64,000 nt of DNA from Acidobacteriota bacterium. Lineage in GTDB: Bacteria > Acidobacteriota > Thermoanaerobaculia > UBA5066. Under the pieces are notes generated by a model, which ran no database searches, was not told where the DNA came from, and worked only from the letters and a program-made list of their open reading frames with translations. This document shows positions 10,741 through 23,631 of this stretch, one piece after another. Each line of letters opens with the position of its first letter. Within the stretch, counting starts at the first letter, position 1. Made by a program: the position numbers and the translations under genes. The stretch covers positions 325,140 through 389,139 of the forward strand of contig JADJVE010000004.1 in the NCBI GenBank assembly GCA_016716715.1, given 5' to 3'.

Positions 10741-11562
10741 CTACTTGCGGCGCTTGACGATGAGCGCGTCGGTACGCTTGTTGTTGCGGGTCTTCTTGCC
10801 CTTGGTCTTCCAGCCCCACGGCGACGTGGGGTGGCGGCCGCCGGACGTCTTGCCCTCGCCGCCGCCCATGGGGTGGTCGACGGGGTTCATGGCGACGCCG
10901 CGGTTGTGCGACTTCCAGCCGAGCCAGCGGTTGCGGCCGGCCTTGCCGATCGAAATGTTCTCGTGCTCGAGGTTTCCAACCTGGCCGATCGTGGCGTAGC
11001 AGTCCACACGCACGCGGCGCAGCTCGCCCGAGGGCACGCGCAGGAGCGCGAAACCGCCCTCCTTCGCCATGAGCTGGGCGCTCGCACCGGCCGAACGGGC
11101 GATCTGCCCGCCGCGGCCCGGCTGAAACTCGATGTTGTGCACGACGGTGCCGAGCGGGATCGACTTCAGGGGAAGCGCATTCCCGAGCACGATGTCGGCC
11201 GTCGGGCCCGACACGACGGTGGCCCCGACCGCGAGGCCGGCGGGCGCGACGATGTAGCGCTTCTCGCCGTCGGCATAGTTCAGGAGCGCGATGCGGGAGG
11301 AGCGGTTCGGGTCGTACTCGATCGAGGCGACCTTCGCCGGGATCCCGTGCTTGTCGCGCTTGAAGTCGATGTCGCGGTACCGCTTCTTGTGGCCGCCGCC
11401 ACGCCACCAGGACGTGAGGTGGCCTCGGCTGTCGCGGCCGCCGGTCTTCAGCTTGCCCTTCGTGAGGGACTTCGTCGGCTCGGACTTCGTGATCTCCGAG
11501 AAATCGGACGTCGTCCGCTGGCGCATGCCGGGAGAGGTCGGTTTGTAGGACTTCACGGGCAT
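10741..11562 (-). CDS. rplB: 50S ribosomal protein L2
   Basis: 273 aa, a canonical L2. Confidence 0.95.
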   Translation of the reverse strand: MPVKSYKPTSPGMRQRTTSDFSEITKSEPTKSLTKGKLKTGGRDSRGHLTSWWRGGGHKKRYRDIDFKRDKHGIPAKVASIEYDPNRSSRIALLNYADGEKRYIVAPAGLAVGATVVSGPTADIVLGNALPLKSIPLGTVVHNIEFQPGRGGQIARSAGASAQLMAKEGGFALLRVPSGELRRVRVDCYATIGQVGNLEHENISIGKAGRNRWLGWKSHNRGVAMNPVDHPMGGGEGKTSGGRHPTSPWGWKTKGKKTRNNKRTDALIVKRRK

Positions 11563-11566
11563 GGCG

Positions 11567-11866
11567 TCACACCCCTTCGAACAGGGCCGGGAGCTTCTGG
11601 CCCTTCGCGAGCTTCACGTAGGCCTTCTTCCGGTCCTGCGCGCGTCCGATGGACTTCCCGACCTTCTTGATCTTCCCGTTCACGGCGACGACGCGGACGG
11701 CGTCGACCTTGACCTGGAAGAGGGCCTCGACGGCCTTGCGGATTTCGATCTTGTTCGCGTCGCGGGCGACGTCGAACGTGAGGACGTTCTGGGTCTGGCT
11801 CATCGCCGTCGAGCGCTCCGTCAGGACGGGACGCACGATGACGGCCTGGTGAGTGCGCGGGTTCAT
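11567..11866 (-). CDS. rplW: 50S ribosomal protein L23
   Basis: 99 aa. Confidence 0.9.
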   Translation of the reverse strand: MNPRTHQAVIVRPVLTERSTAMSQTQNVLTFDVARDANKIEIRKAVEALFQVKVDAVRVVAVNGKIKKVGKSIGRAQDRKKAYVKLAKGQKLPALFEGV

Positions 11867-12588
11867 GCCAGCACCTCCGAAACGGCACGGAGGGCGTCCT
11901 CGGTGAGGACGATCGTTCCGGCGTTCAGCGCGTCGTAGACGTTGAGCCCGAGCGGGTCCAGCGTCGTGACCTTGGGATTGTTCGCCACGGCGCGGGCGAG
12001 GTTCTCGTTGCCCTTACGGTCGACGACGAGCGTCTTGCCCTCGACCCCGAGCTTCGCGAGCACGCTCGCGAAGTCCCTGGTCTTGTGCGTCGCGAGCTTG
12101 AGCGCGTCGAGAAGCACGACCTTCTGCTCGCGCGCCTTCTCGGAGAGCACGCAGCGGAGCGCCGCCTTCTTCGCCTTCGCGTTCACCTTGAGCGCGTAGG
12201 AGTGCGGAACGGGACCGAACACCGTGCCGCCGTGGCGGTGCAGCGGCGGGCGGCCGCCACCCTGGCGGGCGCGGCCGGTGCTCTTCTGCTTGAACGGCTT
12301 CTTGCCGGAGCCGGACACCTCGGCGCGGGTCTTCGTCTTGTGCGTTCCGCGGTGCTCGCGCGCCCGGATCTGCTTGACGACTTCCCACACGAGGTGGCGG
12401 CGGAACGGCACGCCGAAGATCTCCTCGGGGAGCGTCGCCTCGCCGACGGTCTCGGCCTTGACGTTGCGCACCTTGAGCTTCAGCGAGGGGGCGGCCGCCT
12501 TCGGGGCAGCAGCCTTCTTCGGAGCGGCCGCGGCTTTCGGAGCGGACGCCTTCTTCGGAGCGGCGGTCTTCGTGTTCTTGTCTGCCAT
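11863..12588 (-). CDS. rplD: 50S ribosomal protein L4 with an Ala/Lys/Pro-rich N-terminal extension
   Basis: 241 aa. The L4 core starts after about 35 aa of AKP repeats. Confidence 0.9.
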   Translation of the reverse strand: MADKNTKTAAPKKASAPKAAAAPKKAAAPKAAAPSLKLKVRNVKAETVGEATLPEEIFGVPFRRHLVWEVVKQIRAREHRGTHKTKTRAEVSGSGKKPFKQKSTGRARQGGGRPPLHRHGGTVFGPVPHSYALKVNAKAKKAALRCVLSEKAREQKVVLLDALKLATHKTRDFASVLAKLGVEGKTLVVDRKGNENLARAVANNPKVTTLDPLGLNVYDALNAGTIVLTEDALRAVSEVLA

Positions 12589-12597
12589 GGCCGCTCC

Positions 12598-13251
12598 TTA
12601 CGCCGCCGCTCCGCCGGCTTTCCGGGAGAGCTTCTTCACGATCTTGACGACCGTGTTGCGAGCTCCCGGAACCGCACCGCGGAGATAGATGAGGTGGTTC
12701 TCGGTGTCCACGCGGACGACCATGAGGTTCTTCATCGTCGTCTGCTTGCCGCCCATGCGTCCCGACGAGCGCGTGCCCGGGTAGACGCGGGAGGGAAAGG
12801 CCGACGGGCCGATGGAGCCCGGCGCGCGGTGGAACATCGAGCCGTGCGTCGCGGCGCCGCCGGTGAAGCCGTGGCGCTTCACGACGCCCTGGAAGCCCTT
12901 GCCCTTGGAGACGCCGACGACGTCGACGTGCTCCTTCTCGGCAAAGATGTCGCAGAGCACCTTGTCGCCGGGGGCGGCCTTCTCGTCGGCGTCGCACCGG
13001 ACCTCGCCGAGGGTCTTCGCCGGCGGCACGCCCGCCTTTTCGAAGTGTCCCTTGGCGGCCGCCGTGAGGCGGCGCGGCGACACGCGGCCGACGAGCCCGA
13101 GCTGGACGGCGTCGTACCCGTCGTGGTCCTTCGTCTTGCGCTGGACGACCAGGCAGGGCCCGGCTTCGACGACGGTGACCGGCACGACCGTGCCGTCCGC
13201 TTCGAAGACCTGGGTCATCCCGATCTTGCGTCCCAGAATTCCGTTGATCAT
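12598..13251 (-). CDS. rplC: 50S ribosomal protein L3
   Basis: 217 aa, [16 protein letters not shown]... Confidence 0.95.
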   Translation of the reverse strand: MINGILGRKIGMTQVFEADGTVVPVTVVEAGPCLVVQRKTKDHDGYDAVQLGLVGRVSPRRLTAAAKGHFEKAGVPPAKTLGEVRCDADEKAAPGDKVLCDIFAEKEHVDVVGVSKGKGFQGVVKRHGFTGGAATHGSMFHRAPGSIGPSAFPSRVYPGTRSSGRMGGKQTTMKNLMVVRVDTENHLIYLRGAVPGARNTVVKIVKKLSRKAGGAAA

Positions 13252-13306
13252 GTTTCTTTCCTCGCCGCGCCCCTGGAAGAGACGAGGCGGTTCTTTTTTC
13301 GACTTC

Positions 13307-13624
<318 letters not shown>

Positions 13625-13671
13625 AAAAGTCTTTTGCTTTCTTTGGAAGGGATCGGGCCCCCGGAAGAGGA

Positions 13672-13704
13672 CCGGGGAATTTCTTAGAAGGTAAGAAACC
13701 CCGG
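13672..13704 (-). terminator. stem-loop in the tuf-rpsJ spacer, a candidate attenuator or partial terminator
   Basis: The nested inverted repeat ccgggg-aatttctta-gaagg-taagaaa-ccccgg lies 27 nt after the tuf stop. No clear U-tract follows. Confidence 0.4.
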
Positions 13705-13730
13705 CCCATCCGGAACCCTCTCTCTATCTC

Positions 13731-14933
<1,203 letters not shown>

Positions 14934-14963
14934 CTGTCTCTCCTTCGCTCCTGGCGGCTTTCT

Positions 14964-17039
<2,076 letters not shown>

Positions 17040-17200
17040 GAGCTTGTATCCCGTTCCGGGCTGACTGCGCCGTCAAATGAGAGGGGCGCGCGAGCGTCGC
17101 GCTCTCCCTCCATTTCGCACGCTTAAGGCGTGTTCCGGGTCTCCGAAAGGACCTGTCCGGTTCGCACCGGCCGGTTTCCCCTCACCCGGGTGTGGCAGTT

Positions 17201-17680
<480 letters not shown>

Positions 17681-18055
17681 TTAAGCCTTCGGACGCTTCG
17701 CGCCGTACTTGGAGCGCGACTGCTTGCGGTTCGCGACGCCGACGGCGTCGAGCGTCCCGCGGATGATGTGGTAGCGCACGCCGGGAAGGTCCTTCACGCG
17801 GCCTCCGCGGATCATGACGATGGAGTGCTCCTGGAGGTTGTGCCCGATGCCGGGGATGTAGGTCGTGACCTCGATGCCGTTCGTGAGGCGCACGCGCGCG
17901 ATCTTCCGGAGAGCCGAGTTCGGCTTCTTCGGGGTCGTCGTCTTCACCTGGGTGCAAACGCCGCGGCGCTGCGGGCAGGACTGCAGGGCGGGCGACTTCG
18001 TCTTGTAACGGACGGCTTCGCGGCCCTTTCTCACGAGCTGGCTGATCGTCGGCAT
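17681..18055 (-). CDS. rpsL: 30S ribosomal protein S12
   Basis: [24 protein letters not shown]... 124 aa. ATG at 18053-18055 with a GGAG Shine-Dalgarno about 12 nt upstream. The track ORF 17681..18220 is a 5' over-extension. Confidence 0.95.
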   Translation of the reverse strand: MPTISQLVRKGREAVRYKTKSPALQSCPQRRGVCTQVKTTTPKKPNSALRKIARVRLTNGIEVTTYIPGIGHNLQEHSIVMIRGGRVKDLPGVRYHIIRGTLDAVGVANRKQSRSKYGAKRPKA

Positions 18056-18191
18056 GGGACTTTCGAGACTCCTTCGGAACGCTTGGCGAGTCGAATGACG
18101 GACTATCGAGTGGCGAACCGGCCACGAGGAGGCCGTTTTCCGGGCGCGACACGGCGGATAACGCCGGGCCGGTCCCCGGGGAAACCCGCGA

Positions 18192-18220
18192 ATCATAGTG
18201 ACCCCCCGGTGGGCTGTCAA
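18192..18220 (-). promoter_or_regulatory. consensus sigma70-type promoter for the rpsL-rpsG-fusA-tuf operon
   Basis: The minus strand reads TTGACA (18215-18220), a 17-nt spacer, then TATGAT (18192-18197). The implied 5' UTR is about 130 nt. Confidence 0.65.
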
Positions 18221-18247
18221 GCGACAAACCCCTCGGCAGAGTGAGTA

Positions 18248-20191
18248 TCAGGTCCAGTGAACGGGCTCGGCGGCCGCCTGGGAGCCGGCAGGCGCCGGAG
18301 CGGCCGAACCGTCCGCCGCCAGGAGGCCCGGATAGACCTCGCGGGCCCGGGCCACCACGCCTTCCGGGTCCAGCCGGAAGTGCTGCCGCTGAAAGGCCTG
18401 GGGGCCATGCTCGACGAACTGGTCCGGGATCGCATGCGAACGGACTCCCGAGGACGGCAGGCCGGCGGCGTGGACGGACTCGAGGACCGCGCTCCCGAAG
18501 CCTCCCTGATGGAGGTGCTCTTCCAGCGTGAGAAGACGGGGACAGGCGGCCAGTAGAGTCCCCACGAGCGCCACGTCCAAAGGCTTGACGAATCGAGCGT
18601 TAGCAACGCCGCAGTCGACGCCGAGGGTCTTCAGGGCAGCAGCGGCCTTTTCGGCTACGGGCACCATGGAGCCGTAGGCAAGGAGGTTCAGGTCCTTGCC
18701 GATCGACAGAATCTCACCCTTCCCCGCCGGAATCGTCCTCAGGACGGGGTCGAGCGGGGCGCCGAGTCCGGCGCCCCGGGGATAGCGAATCGCGAAGGGC
18801 CGGCCGGACCCGATGGCCGTGAAGAGGAGGTGCTGGAGCTCGTTCTCGTCTTTCGGCGCAGCGACCGTCATGTTCGGGATGCCCCGCGTATAGGCGATGT
18901 CGTAGATCCCCTGGTGGGTCTTGCCGTCGTCTCCGACGAGGCCGGCCCTGTCGATGCAGACGGTCACGGGCAGGTTCTGCAGGCAGACGTCGTGGATGAG
19001 CTGGTCGTAGCCGCGCTGGAGAAACGTCGAATAGATCGAGACGACGGGCTTCAGGCCGGCCTTTGCCATGCCTGCCGCCATGATGATGGCGTGCTCCTCG
19101 GCGATTCCGACGTCGAAGACCCGGCCCGGGTACACCTTCTGGACCTCGCCGAGCCCGGTGCCCTCGAGCATCGCGGCCGTGATCGCGACGATCTTCGGGT
19201 CCTTCTCCATCATCGCGAGGAGCGTCTTCGCGAAGACCTGCGAGTACGTGGGCGCCGCGCCCGTGGAGGCGGCCGGCGAGGGCGTGCCGGGCTGGTGGAA
19301 GCGCGACGGGTTCTCCTCGGCCTTGTCGTAGCCGCGCCCCTTGTGCGTGAGGGCGTGGATCACGACGGGCGTCCCGTCCTTCGAAACTTCCTTCGCCCGC
19401 GCGAGCGCCTCCTCGAGCTCCTTGAAGTCGTGGCCGTCGATCGGCCCGACGTAGTGGAAGCCGAGCTCGTCCCAGACGAGGTTCGGGAAGAAGAGCCCCT
19501 CGACGGAGTTCTTGATCTTCTTCGCAAGGCCCCAGGCTTCCTCCCCCTTCGGGAGCTTCTTGAAGAGGCCGTGCCCCTTCTCGGTCAGGCGCTTGTAGGC
19601 CGGGTGGAGCTCGAAGCGGTTGCGCCAGTGCGCGAGCCAGCCGACGTTCTCCGAGATGGACCAGCCGTTGTCGTTCAGGATGACGACGAGCCGCTTCGGC
19701 TTGATGTGGACGATGTTGTTGAGCGCCTCGTAGCTCGTCCCCGACGTCATCGCGCCGTCGCCGACCACGACGACGACGTGCGGATCGTTCGGATCCCCCT
19801 GGAGCGCGACGGCGAGGCCCATCCCGAAGGAGAGGCCAGTCCCCGCGTGCCCGGCGGCGAACGTGTCGTGGTCGCTCTCCATCGGTTCCGCGAAGCCGGA
19901 GAGGCCGCCCGGCTTGCGGATCGTCGCGAAGCCGCCCGCGCGCCCGGTGACGAGCTTGTGCGTGTAGCACTGGTTCGACGTGTCCCACACGAAGCGGTCC
20001 TTCGGGCTGTGGAACGCGCGGTGCATCGCGAGCGTGAGCTCGACGACGCCGAGATTCGAGGCGAGGTGGCCGCCCGATCTCGTGATCGTCTCGACGATCA
20101 CCTCGCGACATTCGGCCGCGAGGCGGGCGAGCGATTCGTGGTCGAGGCTCCGGAGGTCGTCCGGCCCGCCGATGGTGTCGAGAAGGGTCAT
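18248..20191 (-). CDS. dxs: 1-deoxy-D-xylulose-5-phosphate synthase
   Basis: 647 aa, with a TPP-binding GDG motif and the transketolase-like ...VVVGDGAMTSG... Confidence 0.95.
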   Translation of the reverse strand: MTLLDTIGGPDDLRSLDHESLARLAAECREVIVETITRSGGHLASNLGVVELTLAMHRAFHSPKDRFVWDTSNQCYTHKLVTGRAGGFATIRKPGGLSGFAEPMESDHDTFAAGHAGTGLSFGMGLAVALQGDPNDPHVVVVVGDGAMTSGTSYEALNNIVHIKPKRLVVILNDNGWSISENVGWLAHWRNRFELHPAYKRLTEKGHGLFKKLPKGEEAWGLAKKIKNSVEGLFFPNLVWDELGFHYVGPIDGHDFKELEEALARAKEVSKDGTPVVIHALTHKGRGYDKAEENPSRFHQPGTPSPAASTGAAPTYSQVFAKTLLAMMEKDPKIVAITAAMLEGTGLGEVQKVYPGRVFDVGIAEEHAIIMAAGMAKAGLKPVVSIYSTFLQRGYDQLIHDVCLQNLPVTVCIDRAGLVGDDGKTHQGIYDIAYTRGIPNMTVAAPKDENELQHLLFTAIGSGRPFAIRYPRGAGLGAPLDPVLRTIPAGKGEILSIGKDLNLLAYGSMVPVAEKAAAALKTLGVDCGVANARFVKPLDVALVGTLLAACPRLLTLEEHLHQGGFGSAVLESVHAAGLPSSGVRSHAIPDQFVEHGPQAFQRQHFRLDPEGVVARAREVYPGLLAADGSAAPAPAGSQAAAEPVHWT

Positions 20192-21120
20192 CGAGGCTCC
20201 CCCGAAAGCGTTCGATCATACAGGGGCGGGCGCTCGCCTCGCGCGATCGCGCTGCGCACGCCGCGCGCGATGCGGAAGACCTCCGGACGACCCACCTTCG
20301 CTCCCGGCCCCCGTTCCTCCACCTTTGCGAGGGCCGCCCAGGCGAGCGCCACCGGCAGCGCGGTGAACTCCAGGATCCCGGCCGGCGCGCCGGCGGCGTG
20401 CAACGCGTCGATGTACTCCCCCGCCGTGTCGAGGTCCCGCCGGGCGAGCGCGAAGACCTCGGCGCGCGGGACGTCCGCGGGCAGGTAGCGGCGTCCCTCG
20501 GCAGCGTCCTCGTCGGAGTCCTTCAGAATGTTCACGAGCTGGAGCGCCTCGCCGAAGGTTCGGGCTCGCGCGCGGAGATCGAATGCCGCGGGTCGAAGAG
20601 AAGATGAAGATTCTTCGAGTAGGAAGAGCTCGGTGAGAAGTTCGCCCACGATTCCGGCTACGGTGTAGCAGTAGCCCCGAAGATCCTCGAAAGACTCGAG
20701 TGTCAGGCCCTGCTCATTCGTTCGTGCGACGAACCCGGCCATTCCGTCCGCCGACCGGACCACGTGGGTGCGGAGAATCGCCGCCGCTTCCGGGCGCAGC
20801 GCGGCGAACGCGTCGAAGACGAACGGCGTCTCGGCAATCAGCTCGCGGTAACCCGCGTGACGCGAAACGCCGGCCTGCGTCCAGGCCTGCCCGAGCCGCT
20901 CCGCCTCCGCCCGTGTCCCGTTCTTCAGAAGAAATCCGAAATCTCTCAGAGCCGCGATCCGGTCCGCGGGCGCCCAGTGCGTCGCGTCCTCGAACGTGTC
21001 GGCGATCCGGAAGAGGAGGTACGCGACCGTCACCTGCCGCCGCACGGGCTCGGGCAGCGGCGGGATCGAGAGCGCGAACGTGCGGCTCGTCTTCTCGAGG
21101 AGGTCGAGGAGGTCGGCCAC
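20188..21120 (-). CDS. squalene/phytoene synthase family protein (trans-isoprenyl diphosphate synthase, head-to-head)
   Basis: 310 aa with the RTFALSIPPLP..., YLLFRIADTFED and RRYLPAD motifs of PF00494. Its stop overlaps the dxs start as ATGA. Confidence 0.8.
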   Translation of the reverse strand: MADLLDLLEKTSRTFALSIPPLPEPVRRQVTVAYLLFRIADTFEDATHWAPADRIAALRDFGFLLKNGTRAEAERLGQAWTQAGVSRHAGYRELIAETPFVFDAFAALRPEAAAILRTHVVRSADGMAGFVARTNEQGLTLESFEDLRGYCYTVAGIVGELLTELFLLEESSSSLRPAAFDLRARARTFGEALQLVNILKDSDEDAAEGRRYLPADVPRAEVFALARRDLDTAGEYIDALHAAGAPAGILEFTALPVALAWAALAKVEERGPGAKVGRPEVFRIARGVRSAIARGERPPLYDRTLSGEPR

Positions 21121-21151
21121 GCGCCCATGTTACCGGGGTACTCTCGTCCGC

Positions 21152-22909
21152 ATGAAAGACGTCAGGCTCCCGCTGTCCCTGCTGCTGGCCCTCGGCCTTT
21201 CTACGACCGCGACGGCCGCGCCGCCGGCGTCCGTCGCGCCATCCGTCGCCCCGCTGCGATTCGCAATCTCCTATTCGAAGGATCTCTTTCCCGGCCCCCT
21301 CGACGGCCGGGTCCTCCTCATCCTCTCGAAGGACGACAAGGCCGAACCGCGCAAGCAGATCGACATCGGCTTCAAGACGCAGCAGATCTTTGGAGTGGAC
21401 GTGGACGGGCTCGCCCCCGGCGCCCCGGCCGTCGTCGACTCGGCGGTCCTCGGCTACCCGCTGGAGTCCCTCGCGGCGATCCCGAAGGGCACGTACGTCG
21501 TGCAGGCGGTCTTCCACAGGTACGAAACGTTTCGCCGGGCCGACGGCCACGTCGTGAAACTGCCGATGGACCGCGGCGAGGGCCAGCACTGGAACCTCGC
21601 GCCCGGAAACTTGTTTTCGACGCCGAAAAAGGTCGAGTTGGACCCGTCCCGGGCCGCGACGGTCCCGATCCTCTTCGATCACGTGATCCCGCCGATCCCC
21701 GAGCCGAAGGCGACGAAGTTCGTCCGGCACGAGCGTATTCGGAGCGAGCGGCTGTCGAAGTTCTGGGGGCGCGACATGGTTCTCGGCGCCCATGTCCTCC
21801 TCCCGCTCGGGTTCGACGAGCACCCGGACGCCCGCTACCCGCTCGTCATCTTCCACGGGCACTTTCCGGAGACGATTTCGGGCTTCCGCGAGGAGCCGCC
21901 CGACCCGAACCTGAAGCCGGAATACAGCGACCGTTTCCGCCTCGAGGGCTACAACCGGATCCAGCAGGAGCAGGCCCACCAGCTCTTCAAGGATTGGACG
22001 TCGCCCGGCTTCCCGCGCGCGATCGTCGTCGAGATTCAGCACGCGAACCCCTACTACGACGACTCGTACGCCGTGAACTCGGCGAACCTCGGCCCGTACG
22101 GCGACGCCATCGAGTACGAGCTCCTCCCCTACCTCGAGAAGAAGTACCGCGCGCTCGGAGCCGGGTGGGCGCGCTTCGCGTACGGCGGTTCGACGGGAGG
22201 CTGGGAGGCGATGGCCGTCCAGGTCTTCTACCCCGACCACTACAACGGGATCTACGCGGCCTGCCCCGACCCGATCGACTTCCGCGCGAACACGGTCTTC
22301 GACCTCTACGCGGAGTCGAACGCGTACTTCCCCGACGCGCCGTGGAAACGGGTCCCGCGCCCCGGCCACCGCGACTCCTTCGGCCGCATTGCCGCGACGG
22401 TCGAGGACACGAACCGGCTCGAGCTCGTCCTCGGGACGAAGGGCCGCTCGGGCGAGCAGTGGGACATCTGGCAGGCCGTGTACTCCCCCGTCGGCGCGGA
22501 CGGCTACCCGAAGCCGATCTGGGACAAGAGGACCGGCGTCATCGACAAGGAGGTCGCGGCGTACTGGAAGGAGCACTACGACCTGACGGCGATCCTCGCG
22601 CGCGACTGGGACAAGGGGCTCGGGAAGAAGCTCGAAGGCAAGCTGAACATCTTCGTCGGCGAGGCGGACAACTACTTCCTCAACAACGCCGTCGTCCTCG
22701 CCGAGGAGGTCCTGAAGTCCGTGAAGAACCCGCCGTCCGGCGCGTTCATCGACTACGAGCCGCGCGCGGAGCACTGCTGGAACGGCGACCACACACGCCC
22801 GAACGCGATCTCCCGCCTGAGGTACCACCAGTTCTTCCTGCCGAAGATCGTCGAGCGCATCCGGAAGACGGCGCCGCCGGGGGCGGACCTTAAGAGCTGG
22901 GATTACTAG
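21152..22909 (+). CDS. secreted alpha/beta-hydrolase (putative esterase family)
   Basis: ATG at 21152, signal peptide MKDVRLPLSLLLALGLSTTATA, GGSTGGWEAM (GxSxG) and HGHFPE. 585 aa, with an extended N-terminal beta-rich domain. Confidence 0.65.
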   Translation: MKDVRLPLSLLLALGLSTTATAAPPASVAPSVAPLRFAISYSKDLFPGPLDGRVLLILSKDDKAEPRKQIDIGFKTQQIFGVDVDGLAPGAPAVVDSAVLGYPLESLAAIPKGTYVVQAVFHRYETFRRADGHVVKLPMDRGEGQHWNLAPGNLFSTPKKVELDPSRAATVPILFDHVIPPIPEPKATKFVRHERIRSERLSKFWGRDMVLGAHVLLPLGFDEHPDARYPLVIFHGHFPETISGFREEPPDPNLKPEYSDRFRLEGYNRIQQEQAHQLFKDWTSPGFPRAIVVEIQHANPYYDDSYAVNSANLGPYGDAIEYELLPYLEKKYRALGAGWARFAYGGSTGGWEAMAVQVFYPDHYNGIYAACPDPIDFRANTVFDLYAESNAYFPDAPWKRVPRPGHRDSFGRIAATVEDTNRLELVLGTKGRSGEQWDIWQAVYSPVGADGYPKPIWDKRTGVIDKEVAAYWKEHYDLTAILARDWDKGLGKKLEGKLNIFVGEADNYFLNNAVVLAEEVLKSVKNPPSGAFIDYEPRAEHCWNGDHTRPNAISRLRYHQFFLPKIVERIRKTAPPGADLKSWDY

Positions 22910-22916
22910 CAGGTGC

Positions 22917-22955
22917 TTGCATAATGCTTGCGTTTTGCAGCCACCGGCCTAGACT
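22917..22955 (+). promoter_or_regulatory. AT-rich vapB promoter region with a near-palindromic operator
   Basis: TTGCATAATGC (near-palindrome GCATAATGC) is followed by TTGCGT, a 16-nt spacer and TAGACT, ending about 7 nt before the vapB ATG. The transcript would be leaderless or have a very short leader. Confidence 0.4.
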
Positions 22956-22961
22956 TTCCGC

Positions 22962-23219
22962 ATGGCGACGCTCCACGTCCGCGACGTTCCCGACGACGTC
23001 TACGCGAAGATCCGCGCCCTCGCCCGGTCGGAAGGGCGGTCGCTGAACGCCCAGGTCATCCGCCTCCTGGCGTCCACGGCGCGCGGCGTGGCGACCGCCC
23101 TTTCCGTCGAGGACGCGCTCGGGTCCGCCCGGAAGATCCGCGAGGCCGGGAAGACGCGCCGCGGAGCCTCGAGCCTCTCGCTCCTCCACGAAGCCCGCCG
23201 GTCCCGCGAGCGCCGATGA
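22962..23219 (+). CDS. vapB: ribbon-helix-helix (Arc/MetJ-type) antitoxin, VapB/FitA-like
   Basis: MATLHVRDVPDDVYAKIRALARSEGRSLNAQVIRLLAS..., 85 aa. Its stop overlaps the next ATG as ATGA. Confidence 0.8.
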   Translation: MATLHVRDVPDDVYAKIRALARSEGRSLNAQVIRLLASTARGVATALSVEDALGSARKIREAGKTRRGASSLSLLHEARRSRERR

Positions 23220-23631
23220 ACTTCCCGGACACGCTCGTCGTGGACGCGAGCGTCGGCGTCAAGCTGTTCCTCGAGGAAGAGGGATCGCGGGAGGCGGAGG
23301 CGATCTTCGCTCTCCTCGCGGGCGTCTCCCCGCGGACGCTCGCCGTCCCGGACCTCTTCTTCGTCGAGTGCGCCAACGTCTTCAGGAGCCGCGTCCACCG
23401 GCGCCTCATGAAGCCCGCGGCGCGCGACGCGTCGGATCCTGGCGCGCGCCCGCCCGTGCGCCGGGGAACTGCGCGGCCGCCCTCGACCTTGCGCTCGACC
23501 ACGGTCTCTCGGTCTACGACGCCGTCTACGCCGTCCTCGCCCGCACGCTCGCGGCCCCGCTCGTCACGGCCGACGGCCGCCTCCTCGCGGCGCTCCGCAA
23601 GGCCGGCATCGCCGCGCTGCCCTTGGCCTGA
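23216..23631 (+). pseudogene. vapC: PIN-domain toxin VapC, interrupted by a frameshift
   Basis: The N-terminus MNFPDTLVVDASVGVKLFLEE...FFVECANVF is in frame 2. The C-terminus ...AAALDLALDHGLSVYDAVYAVLARTLAAPLVTADGRLLAALRKAG is in frame 1. The switch occurs near 23440-23470. Confidence 0.7.
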
